Positions 1-11,740 of a stretch of 45,101 nucleotides of DNA are shown in pieces. Under the pieces are notes generated by a model that made no database searches, was not told where the DNA came from, and worked only from the letters and a program-made list of their open reading frames with translations. The stretch is from contig NC_068982.1 of the NCBI RefSeq assembly GCF_001194135.2, forward strand, positions 39,481,348 through 39,526,448, given 5' to 3'. Source of the stretch: Octopus bimaculoides (lineage: Eukaryota). A program made the position numbers and the translations under genes. Position 1 is the first letter of the stretch, and each line of letters starts with the position of its first letter.

Positions 1-949
1 ATATATATATATATATACATACACATATATATATGTATGTATGTATTTACGAACGTACATACACACGCGCGCGCATGTATATATAAATGTATAACCCTAC
101 ATAGTTCAAATATTTCGTCGTAAATTAAATTTTATAAGATCGATTTTTATTATATACTGTTTTTATTTAATATAATTCATTTTAGATTTCCGTAGAATAT
201 CAATCACAAACAGAATTCAGGTTTATGTACAAAAGATTTCCCCTAAGAATAGGTTTACAGTAAAATGAAACGTAAGATAAATACTTTTATACGCTATATT
301 AGTAACGATACAATTCTAGTATTAACTAAAATTCATAATTTGGATCATTTCTACTTCTTTATCACTCTCTAAGACCTTTTTTCCTATTTGCATATACGTA
401 CAAAGGAAGAGTATTTTTCTCTTTTTTCTTTTTCAAAATTAATGTATTTTCTACAGTCGCGATCAAATTTCACGATAAAATCTACAATCCAAAGTAAACT
501 GAACTACAAATTTATAAATTAAATCTTCTGAACATATTTAGAATCTATTCTATTTAAAGCATCCATATGTGTGCATTGTGTCCTCTCATAATCAAGAAAC
601 GAAATTGATGTCTTAGAAAAGAGAAAAAATATTGGGATGTCTTTTGAATGAGCTTACACTTTAAATTGAAAGGAAAATGTAAACATAATTTTCCAAACAG
701 CTATCTTTAAGAATAAATGCATTTTTGTATCCATTGTCTTGTTTAACTGTTGATATTTATATGTCAATTTTCTTTCAGAGACCTTTCTCTATTTGGTATG
801 TCAGCTCTAGTTACTCTGCAGCAGCCAAACATATGAAATGGCTGACTTTTTAGCGTAAGTAATGGAACACATGCAACAGATGTTCACGCTCCTTGTGGTG
901 CACGTTTTTTAAAAAAATAAGTATTATTTATAGGTGTTCAGTATCCATT

Positions 950-1930
950 CCCTATCACCTAGAGCCAAATTAGAGCAAAGCAATTCTCTTTCTCATAATT
1001 CACATCCACCTCTTCACCGTCATAAACATCATCAGTAAAATTAGATCTGACTTTCGGTCGAATTCATCCTGGAGATCGCTTCCCTTACTGAGTATAGTAA
1101 AAGAAGTCTAGTAAATTTAATTCACCCCAAAGCCCTCGGCGGTTTCTTCAGTTTTTCCTTGGAGAGGAAAATAGGGCTAAAAGATAAGCCATTCTGGAGT
1201 AAATTTGTTGAAAAGTGGGTGTGGACTGAGTAAATGGGCTTGCTACTAGCTTGATGATAAGATGGAACAATTTCTAGACTTAGAGCAACTCTTTGCTGCA
1301 TCAAGAAATGCGTTGCATCATAGTATGCCGAACCATTCCAGATTTTATTAGTACATTTTAGAGGCGGATCGAACCTCACTTATAAGAGCCTGATACTGTT
1401 CGTTTTAGAATATGCGAAGATGTGTTTGTCATTGTCCACTTTGTAGATATTCTGCATGTTGTCTAGAAATGTACTAATCGTGTCGGGGTTATTGTCAAAC
1501 TAGTTTTCGTATCGTTTTGTCTGGAATTCGATTGTAGGAAGGGAAAATGCTTTGTCATTCACGCTGGTTCTCATATCGTTATGTGTTTCTGAAGCTTTTA
1601 TTTTAAACTCTGCCAAATGATGGAGGTCTTTGGATATTTTTGTGCAGAGTAGGTTTATGAACGGTGAACTGCTACTTTTCGTGTTGAGCCACCATTGTGA
1701 AGCGACGTTGGATTTTCTTCTCTAGGGAACAGGCAAGGGTAGTACGGAAAAGCAGCAGTTGCTCACATAGCAAGTCTTCTCCCTCCACACCACCGATATT
1801 GGTAAAACAGTAGACTAAGTTTATCGCAGTAGCTCCTACATCGAATTTAGAAACAATGTCGGACTGTAGTCTGGATTTATTCATTGGGATTACTTCCGGT
1901 ACGTCTTTCATGTCTGGGTACCACTGTGAA
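950..1930 (-). mobile_element. Decayed Penelope-like element (N-terminal/RT-proximal region), tentative
   Basis: Minus-strand broken frames give LLQNGLSFSP, then RPKVRSNFT and ENCFALIWL. The order and spacing resemble the LSKGLxFxP ... RPKSxF ... NLxxxExxALxxL motifs upstream of Penelope-like RT domains. There are many stops and frameshifts, and GC is higher than in the flanks. Confidence 0.35.
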
Positions 1931-2193
1931 GTAGTAGTGAAAATTTGAAATAATCAAGTTTGCCATCTCATAGATCAACTGCCTTCCTAGGCTGGCAAGT
2001 TCCATCTACCAGAGCACTAGTTCTATGGTACTCCTCCTCTTCTGTCACTTCTACCAGACTTAGAAATTACGGTGCACAAAAAGACCAAGATGCAGACCCA
2101 TCCCATCAGATCACTTATTAGTTTTGAAATCTTTTAATCACCATCACCGCTATTCGATCTTTGGCACCACAAGTATATGTGTGTGAATGTATG

Positions 2194-2263
<70 letters not shown>

Positions 2264-2279
2264 TATATANNNNNNNNNN

Positions 2280-2312
<33 letters not shown>

Positions 2313-2429
2313 TATATATATATATGCATATAAATGTGTATGTACTGAGACAATTCAAGTATTCTCTTTACGGTAATGAATTGCTTTAATCAATATACAC
2401 TATTCATATTTCAGTTTCATTAATCTCTC

Positions 2430-2860
2430 ACGCACTATTGACACAACCCTCAGAAATAATTCCAGTTCTTTCCATCAAAAGAATTTCTATTCCACTTGAA
2501 AAATATAGACTATTCCTCCAATAATATCTTCATCCCATAAGTTTGTCTTTAAATAGTTTCGTGATGCCAGTTTTCTTTATCTTATCTACATCTATCAGAC
2601 CTAGATATTTGTAACCTTCAGTATCTTGCTGATTTATCATTGTTTCATCAGGAAAGTATCCTGTTACATTCTAACATTGCCCTTGTATTATTATCGGTAG
2701 TTATCCACATTTTCTATAGCTATGCTGCATGCTAATTACTAATTAAAATCCAGCACCGACTACTACAACCAAGGATATATCTGATGTATGTAATTATAAA
2801 ATTTCGCCTTCAAATATTTTATGTGTGCATTATTTTACATCGCATAGCTTCCCCTTCGAT
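2430..2860 (-). mobile_element. R4/Dong-like non-LTR retrotransposon RT remnant
   Basis: Minus-strand translation reads RKCG*LPIIIQGQC*NVTGYFPDETMINQQDTEGYKYLGLIDVDKIK. YKYLG is at 2613-2599. The context KC...G...PD...I....EGYKYLG is typical of R4/Dong-clade RT domain 7. In-frame stops are present. Confidence 0.6.
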
Positions 2861-3810
2861 ACACCGCCATCCTTGCATATTACGAACATTGATAATATTA
2901 GACAGCTATCACTTTATGTTTTGTATGCAGCTGCATTTAAAATATCCTAAAAATATTTAAGAAAATAGGTTGTAGTTTTTCCCATTTCCATAGATAACAT
3001 ACTCCCAGTCACCCAATTTCGTATCTAAATATTTGCATCAATGGAATGTCTTTGGTATGTGTACTATTTAAACATAACATTGCAAATTTTGTAAATAGCT
3101 TTCTGCAAACACTTTGTATTTATTTATACATATAGAAATCGAACTTTCTGCAACAGGCTCTTTTCATGGCGGATACTTCGAAGTAAAAACAAATAGTATT
3201 CACTGAAATTATATTATCAATTCAGGAAATATAATGAAGAACATTACTGAAAATCGTCCTTTCTTTTTCTTTTTTCATATATTCTTTCTTATAGACATCA
3301 AAGATTGATGTTTTATAATTATTCTGAAGTTCATTAAAGTTGATTAGTTCTGATTGAGCACGTAGTTAGCTAGATTTCATTATAGTTGTGGTAGTGATAT
3401 GAGCGTATCTACTTGTGTATATATATATATANNNNNNNNNNNNNNNNNNNNNNNNNNNNNNNNNNNNNNNNNNNNNNNNNNNNNNNNNNNNNNNNNNNNN
3501 NNNNNNNNNNNNNNNNNNNNNNNNNNNNNNNNNNNNNNNNNNNNNNNNNNNNNNNNNNNNNNNNNNNNNNNNNNNNNNNNNNNNNNNNNNNNNNNNNNNN
3601 NNNNNNNNNNNNNNNNNNNNNNNNNNNNNNNNNNNNNNNNNNNNNNNNNNNNNNNNNNNNNNNNNNNNNNNNNNNNNNNNNNNNNNNNNNNNNNNNNNNN
3701 NNNNNNNNNNNNNNNNNNNNNNNNNNNNNNNNNNNNNNNNNNNNNNNNNNNNNNNNNNNNNNNNNNNNNNNNNNNNNNNNNNNNNNNNNNNNNNNNNNNN
3801 NNNNNNNNNN

Positions 3811-3850
<40 letters not shown>

Positions 3851-5488
3851 TATATATATGTATATATATATATATATATATGTGTATATATCTATCTATC
3901 TATTTATCTATCTATCTTGTACCCATATATGCATGTATGTATGCATATATCTATATATTTATATTATTATATATATGCATGTATGTATATAGGTTTGTAT
4001 AAAACTTTCAGGCAACGTCTCTTGAATACTTCTTTACATCAATATTTATAGAGAAAATGATTACCTATGAAGCCAGCCAAGGTGCCCGCTCTAAACTGTA
4101 GCTTTAAGAACCGAGTTACTTACCCATTACACCAGACATGCAAATCTAAGGACTAGTCTCACCTTCATTCCCCAAGTAATGGAACCGAAAGAAAAGAAAT
4201 GTAGTGGTCTGTGTCAAAGATATACGCCAATTACCATTTTCATTTTAAGCACGTAGACAAAATGAAAACAGAAAGTGAACTGGCCGTATCTGGAATCAAA
4301 GGACAGCAGTGTGCCACAGACCTTCAAGTGGCACATTTGATAATATTTTTATAGAACAATTTGTTCGATTTTTTGTGTGTGTGTGTGTGTGATACACATG
4401 TCTTTCTTATTTGCGTCCTGTTAGGCATCATCAGATTAGCGTTGTAGTGGACACTGGAAGATAAGTTCTCAGCAGGTGAGGAAAATGTAGCTATGAATAT
4501 ACTTGAACCTTCATAAACAGAATATGATCTTTTCCTTGTCTCTATATATCTAATGCTTTTATCATACATTATAAATGTCTTGTGATATTTCTCTCTACAA
4601 GGTGCAACTGTGACAAGAACACAGTCATTCAGATAGAAGGGAATATCATATGTATATGGAAACACATATACATATATTGATTTCTAGGTTAGGTGCAATG
4701 CTAAATTTTAGGGAAGAGTTGCTTATATACACCACAGAAATATAATTCAGATCGTAGAAATGCAGCATTTTAGCACTAGGCATTTTGTTCGACGTTCTAA
4801 CGATTCCGCAAACCGTCACTCTCTCTTTCTCGTACCTTCTCTTCCCCCAGTATCTCTCTCTCACGAAAACATTGATTTCTAACGGAAGCACATACAATAG
4901 AAATATACGCAAGTCGATTATAATTCACAATTCCTGGATGCTGCCAGCAAAAGGAAATTTTCATTTGGAACTTATATATCTCATACTGGAAACCAAAACA
5001 TTTCATAGATATAGCATTTGATAAATCATAATTAACACACCAATCATAATTACATTTACCATGTTCCTTCCCGAAAGTTTTCCTTTCTACTTGGAAGCAA
5101 ATCAAACAGAAGTATTCTAAAAAGGAAACTTCACTATTGTTTTAAGCAAAGAATGACTCGTTGTCGCTGATTAGTTGAAGAATTAAACAAATAATGTTCT
5201 AAGTATATGTTCATGTATATATATAGCTTTTGAATTTCATTTCTTTTTTTATAATTCCGAAAAACTCATATCTTAGAATTTTTTAAGATATCAAACGTTG
5301 TTCTCACGCGTGTGGGACTTAACTGCAGAAGTACAAGTGGCGGTAAGTAAAGAGTAAAAATTCTGATTTCAAATCCAGTAATAGATGCCTCTGCCTTTCG
5401 TCTCTTCTATATTGATAAAATAAGCACCATTAATATACAGTTACTAATTCAAATAACAATATCCTTAACATAAATATAATAGCTTCAT

Positions 5489-5490
<2 letters not shown>

Positions 5491-5530
<40 letters not shown>
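5491..5530. repeat. (AAT)n microsatellite, the tail of the adjacent SINE
   Basis: Perfect AAT run directly abutting the 3' end of a minus-strand family-B SINE. Confidence 0.95.
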
Positions 5531-5670
5531 GTGCCCTTTGGTTTAGGCACAAAAGCAGCAGTTTTGAAGGGTCCTGTATTTTATCGAGTCCAAAAGGATG
5601 AAAGGCAAGTTTTCTCACTGGGATTTGAACTCAGAACCTAAAGTACCGATAGAAGCAACTAAATGATTTA
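5531..5670 (-). mobile_element. tRNA-derived SINE, family B (degenerate, internally deleted)
   Basis: Contains ttatcgagtccaaaaggatgaaaggcaag...ggatttgaactcagaac, matching the copies at 16.6, 19.6-20.8 and 36.8 kb. The reverse complement has the B-box GTTCAAATCC. Confidence 0.8.
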
Positions 5671-5713
5671 ATTTTTTAAAAATGTGTATGGTAACAAAAA
5701 TACGTAATGTTGA

Positions 5714-6955
5714 ATGAAATTGAATATCTGTTTTCGTTTTTCTTCCAGGTTAAATTCATTACTTGGAGGTTTTGCAACTTACTCTCGGCTAAAGGGATCA
5801 AATGATGATGACTGGGCAGATCGATGCAACCACCTTTACACAGTCCTTCTACTGGCGTTGTTCAGCATTTTTGTTAGTACAGGCCAATATGTCGGTGACC
5901 CGATCCAGTGCTGGTGTCCGGCAGAGTTCACGTCCGCATTTGTTGCATATACGAAGTACTATTGCTGGATTTCCAATACCTATTATATACCAATGCGTGA
6001 TGTGATACCAAGTGAAATCCACTGGCGCGAATCAAAAGAAATCAACTACTACCAGTGGGTCCCTATAATCCTTCTTTTTATGGCCCTTATGTTTAAAATA
6101 CCTTGCATTATTTGGCGTGTATTTAATGGCGCATCTGGCGTGAGCCTAGAGAAAATTGTTGATCTCACAGCAGCTACACAAATAGGATCACCAGTCACAA
6201 GGGATCAAACGATCCATCACATTGCTATTTATATGGACCGTTGGCTCGAAACACATCGAGAATATCACTGGAATGTTATTGTGCGTATCAGACAGAAAAT
6301 TGCCAAATTCTGCTGTTTCTTTTGTGGAAAACGCGAAGGCACTTACTTAACAGGATTCTATCTATTTATTAAGATGCTATATGTAGTAAATGTTTTCAGT
6401 CAGTTTTTTATCCTAAATGCCTTTCTTGGTCACAACTTTTATTCGATGTTTGGTTTTGAAGTTGTAGAAAATTTAGCAAAGAACTACGAATGGAGAGAAT
6501 CGCACCGCTTTCCTCGGGTAACTCTTTGTGATTTTCAAATCAGGCAGCTGCAAAATATCCATCGCTATACTGTTCAGTGTGTCTTGCCGATCAACCTTTT
6601 CAATGAGAAAATATTTATATTCATTTGGTTTTGGTTGGTGTTGATTTCGGCTGCTACTAGTGGTAACTTTCTTTTTTGGATATACCGTGTTGTATTTCGG
6701 CAAAATCGTGTAAAATATATAAAGAAATATTTAAAAATTACCAACAATATTCATACAATAGCCGATAAGAAACTGGCCAGACGATTCGCTGATCAATATT
6801 TACGAGACGATGGGATATTCGTTCTTCGACTCGTGAGCAAAAATTCTAACGATATGGTGCTCTCTGACCTGGTCCAGGAACTATGGAGAATATTTAGAAA
6901 TAAGCCACATATTATAAAAGATTTACCTGAAGAGACTGGTCGCCCATCGATATGA
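5714..6955 (+). CDS. inx: Innexin (invertebrate gap-junction/pannexin-family channel, unc-9-like); 413-aa ORF whose first 12 codons may be intronic
   Basis: Innexin signature YYQWV at 6047-6061. EL1 cysteines are in GDPIQCWCP and YCWISNTY; EL2 cysteines are in FPRVTLCDF and QCVLPINLFNEKIF. There are four hydrophobic segments, an N-terminal DDDWADR and a C-terminal YLRDDGIFVLRLV. The frame is open from 5749 to TGA at 6955. A polypyrimidine tract plus CAG ending at 5748 suggests a spliced 5' end. Confidence 0.97.
   Translation: MKLNICFRFSSRLNSLLGGFATYSRLKGSNDDDWADRCNHLYTVLLLALFSIFVSTGQYVGDPIQCWCPAEFTSAFVAYTKYYCWISNTYYIPMRDVIPSEIHWRESKEINYYQWVPIILLFMALMFKIPCIIWRVFNGASGVSLEKIVDLTAATQIGSPVTRDQTIHHIAIYMDRWLETHREYHWNVIVRIRQKIAKFCCFFCGKREGTYLTGFYLFIKMLYVVNVFSQFFILNAFLGHNFYSMFGFEVVENLAKNYEWRESHRFPRVTLCDFQIRQLQNIHRYTVQCVLPINLFNEKIFIFIWFWLVLISAATSGNFLFWIYRVVFRQNRVKYIKKYLKITNNIHTIADKKLARRFADQYLRDDGIFVLRLVSKNSNDMVLSDLVQELWRIFRNKPHIIKDLPEETGRPSI
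5729..5748 (+). promoter_or_regulatory. Candidate 3' splice acceptor of the innexin main exon
   Basis: tgttttcgtttttcttccAG|G is a strong pyrimidine tract plus CAG, sitting just before the innexin-like N-terminal residues begin (LNSLLGGF). Confidence 0.7.
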
Positions 6956-7212
6956 ACAAAATATGCTTTTCTGTTAGCTGTCTCAAAACTTATATGAAAT
7001 TAGACAGCTAGCACTATGTTTGCATTGAAATGGAAAACTTCTTCGAAATGGCTTCAAGTGGCAGAGAAAGAAATATTTGGATTGGATGTATATGAAAATT
7101 TTAAACAAAAATGTGAATTCTTTCTGTGATATTAAATTGTCAGGTTAAACAGAGTCGAAAAAAATGTCTTTTTAAAGAAAATTAAAGACATAAGTGTTTT
7201 AAGTAATAATAC

Positions 7213-7218
7213 AATAAA
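7213..7218 (+). promoter_or_regulatory. Candidate polyadenylation signal for innexin
   Basis: First AATAAA after the stop codon, about 260 nt downstream. The motif is common by chance in AT-rich DNA. Confidence 0.3.
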
Positions 7219-7304
7219 CATCACCAAGCAAGTACAAAATCAACAAAACATATAAAACATAAAAATCAGCGATAATAAAGATAATTAAAATAATATCATT
7301 AGCA

Positions 7305-7369
7305 ATGATAATAATAACGAAAGAATAAGGATGATTACGATGATGATGACTATGATGATAATAATGGCG

Positions 7370-7403
<34 letters not shown>

Positions 7404-7425
7404 TAATAATGATGATGATGATGTT
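7305..7425. repeat. (AAT)/(GAT) compound microsatellite
   Basis: Interspersed GAT and AAT runs. Confidence 0.9.
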
Positions 7426-7572
7426 AGAAATAAATGATGAGTAAATTTATATGAATTCGGAATACAATTTACCAAGGGGCTAAGTAGTCAGAAATTATAT
7501 CATATAAACTCATTAAACTCTGTAACCCATTCAAGATAATAAACCATACTGTAACATATATATGTATGAATA

Positions 7573-7638
<66 letters not shown>

Positions 7639-8718
7639 TATAGATATATATATATGTGTATGTAAACACACACACACACACATATATATAATATATATAT
7701 ATATGTTGTAAATATGTATAATTTTGCTCGTGAAGTTATATAGTAAATTCAGTTGATGAAGCATAATGGTCAAACTACATCAAATAAAGTTTGAAAGGTG
7801 AATAATTAATGTTTAAAATGTTGATTTTGAAACTGTTTCAAATCACCGTCCAGTTTAAATATGTGCAGGACATCGAGAATAGGTTTCAGAGATTTACATT
7901 GAAAATATATATAAAATGTATTACATACATCTAAGACGTTTGTGCAGCTGTAATGTGAAAATGATATTTAATTATAGTGTTAATTGTATAACTTATATTT
8001 ATTTATTACAAGTGGTATCGGTATATGTTTCAAGGGAAAGGTATTTCAAAAGTGAAATCGAATAATCGAACATTATTTTTAATTTATAGGTATGCAAAAT
8101 GTTCTCACCATATTATAAAAAACTGCTTATATAATGGTTGGAGATAACATACACACACACTCACATACACGCACGCACACACACACAAACATACACACAC
8201 ACGCACGCACACACACACACTCACATATATGTAAAGTGACCGAAAAACAGTACTACTTCTTTGATGTTTTGCATTTCGGTCGTTCCATTGTGTCAAAGAA
8301 ACTTATGATTTAGGGAAGGTAGATCAGAAAAGGAAACTCCGCGACATATTAAATAGTAAATTCAAATTTATGTTCATGGCGTTGATGATAATTGTATCAA
8401 ACGAAAAACTATATCTGATCTCTTTGGAAACTTTGAGAGGATACTTAAGTCCTTTGACAGTCAATCATCAATATAGGTGTATGACATACCACTAAATCCA
8501 AATTAATTTCATGTGAAATGAAACAACATCAGGTACAAGTCTTCAACATGTATCTGTTGGGTAAAAAGAGCTATGTATTATGTATTTATGTGTATACTCA
8601 TATACATAGATGTGTGTGTATACATACATATGTATGTGTATATATATATATACGTATGTATATGTATGTATGTTTACATGTAATATTTATATATGTGTGT
8701 ACACATTTATATATACAT

Positions 8719-8754
<36 letters not shown>

Positions 8755-10223
8755 TATATATACATATATCTATAAATAACAAATCATTACCTGAGATAAT
8801 ACAAAAATTATCAAATGATTAACCTCTCGAAAAGATTACAAAGCAGATTAAGAAAGTCTCCAACAACATTTAACAGCCTGTAAGGATTTTCCAACTCCAG
8901 TATATTTAATTAATAGGAGATTAATGACTAAAAACAAACACTGTAGGTTGATTTTTTTTGTTTGTTTTTAGAAAAAGATTGATACTATTTTGATTTATCT
9001 AATTTTATTTTTCATATCTCATGCAATTAGCAGACGTTGTTGTATGGTAGTATCTTAAAAACTGCAATTGTGACATCCCAAATGTTAAATGAGATATTCA
9101 GGGTTTAAACTACGCAAGGCTTCCAAACCAAAAGTCATACTGTAGAGTCTTTCAAAACATTTCAAATAATTTAAAACCTGAACAAAATTGAAACACATAA
9201 AAAAAATGCATATGGTAAAGGAAACAAACAAATAAATAGTGAAATATCAATATTGACTCACCACATATACAGGACGAGTGAATTTATTAATTTCATAATT
9301 ATATAAATTAATAAAGTTTTCAATTTTCCATTCACGTTCTGGTGATCATTGGTGTTGTGACATGAGGAAAAGAGGTGCTGATAGTTAGATGTACTGTTCG
9401 GAATAATTCCCCAAAGAGTTGGTAATTTTTAACAAGCGTTAAAGAAAATATTACAAAATTGCTATTCTATACTCGTAAAGCATGGACACTAAAAAAACAC
9501 GCATACATACATATATATGTGTATGTACATATGTATATTAATAAATATATATGTAAAAACTATTTCTATGTGTAGGTATATAAATACATGTGTGTATGTG
9601 TGTGTGGGGGGGTATTTCGACTACGTAGGTTTGATGTGCATGTGTATGGATTCTTTAAAAAATCCATTAAAAGGAATCTCCAGATATAATTATCAGTTTA
9701 ATTAATTTTTTCTAGATATTTTTTTTAAATTAAAAGTACATTTTATTGCTTTCATAAAATGTTTGAAAAAAGTCCAGTCTTTTTCGAATTCAAATCAAAT
9801 GGCGGTTTGGTTATATCTTCAAAATTAACAAGTTTTGGTAAGCTAAATTACTTTTGCGAAAGGTCATAAAAAAATCTACTTACCAATTTGAAATTTTATT
9901 TTCCAGCCAAAATCTGCCTTTTATAAAATGTTTAAATATAAATAACTGTAGCATATATAAATTGATGTATATATATATATATACATACAAACATACATAC
10001 ATACATACATACATACATACATACATACATACATACATACGTACATATATACGTGTGTATGTATATGAGTGAGTAAGGATATATGCCTGCATATATCCGA
10101 AAAGTATACGTAGTGATTATACGCATTACAACTAATTTCTTAACCGAATTTTACATATTTTATTTGCTTTTTTTAATTGTTTTATTTATTACATATGCAA
10201 GACGTTATAAATCATAATATAAT

Positions 10224-10267
<44 letters not shown>

Positions 10268-10316
10268 GTTATATTATGATTTATAACGTCATACTATATA
10301 TATATATATATATATA

Positions 10317-10351
<35 letters not shown>

Positions 10352-11704
10352 CTAAATCTCTCATATATATGCAATACTTAGAAATTGAAATTTCTGTATA
10401 TATATATGATGCCAAGATAATTGACTGGTGTCCTCATTAACAGAAGGTAAACATGGGAGGAAATATTTGATGAATAAAATATAAATGAAACAAAGCTAGA
10501 AATGTTTAAATCGAGAATTTTTGAAAAGTAATAATTATATCCCTCTGAAGCTAAAGACACTGTATTATATATTTTTCTTTCCTCTGTATTGTTTTTAACT
10601 TCGTATTTTCTGAGATTATAAGGACTTTGTAATGTTTACTATATTTCATCTAATTTATATAATTTCATTTGACATTGTATCTTTTAGTAACAATTTTCTC
10701 TCTAAAACTGGTTCTCAATGGAGAATGTGCGATCGGAAGCAATGCATTTACATGCACACAGCACAGTAACACCAATGAAAACACAAATACACATACACAT
10801 ACACACAAGCACGCACACACGCACTCATCACACGCATATACATAGGTATATGATTGTGAATATCTGAACCTTATAATTATTTCTATAAGTTTATCTCGCA
10901 TTTTCTCTAAAGTATTCAACACATTAATTAATGTACAGGTTATTTCTTATATTAATATTTGCTCAACCATAAGCTCGTCTGTTTCTAAATGTTCTTAAAA
11001 CTGTCCTCCTTATAGTTGTGCTAAGAATAGATGAATCGCTCGTTGAGCGACCATTCAACTAAACACGCCTATGCACTACACAAATACACGAACATATCAT
11101 CACACACACACATATACACACATACACATCCGCATACACACACAAATATATATATTTGCACACACGTATCGATAGCTTTATATTAAGCATGTAAAGATAG
11201 AATGTATTTGTATATTATATTGAATATATCTCCAAATCCAAAACGTTCATTTTCAGATAATGTTTGGCGGGTAAATTCATAAATGTATTTAAAAGTGCAT
11301 TATTGGCCGTATAGCGAATGCGCGAGGTTAAATAATTAAGTCAATCTAAAATCATTTCTGTCAAAGCAATGCTGTTGAATAAATACTACAAGCTCATACA
11401 CCTTACATTCATATCATGTGCAGACTCTTAATTTTGTCCTCAGCATCATATTGTTCTTTTAAATGTCATTGTCCTTTCAGTTATTGAGTATAATTGGTAT
11501 ATGATTCGTGGTTGTTACTTATGGCTAACTGTCGTCTTAACTTTAAAATATGTGCTTTAACAGTGAGGGTTAAATATGTAAGGATAAGTAAGCTGTTTTT
11601 TGTCTTAATATCTCTTTTACATAACGTTCATGAAGTTACCTAGATATTTTCACGTGTTTACTTGTGTCACTCAGCATTTTTTACATTTAAGCCATCAAAT
11701 TGTT

Positions 11705-11740
<36 letters not shown>

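Noticed and set aside
3156-3170. GGCTCTTTTCATGGC resembles the histone mRNA stem-loop
   Set aside because: The 3' arm is not AGAGCC, so the stem cannot form, and there is no histone ORF upstream.
4415-4480. Possible upstream exon (ttag|...cag|gtgag) for the innexin
   Set aside because: Splicing it to 5749 gives an in-frame TAA and no ATG. The splice-like motifs are at chance level.
11032-11057. Small hairpin TCGCTC-gtt-GAGCGA
   Set aside because: A 6-bp stem is expected by chance in 45 kb, and there is no supporting context.
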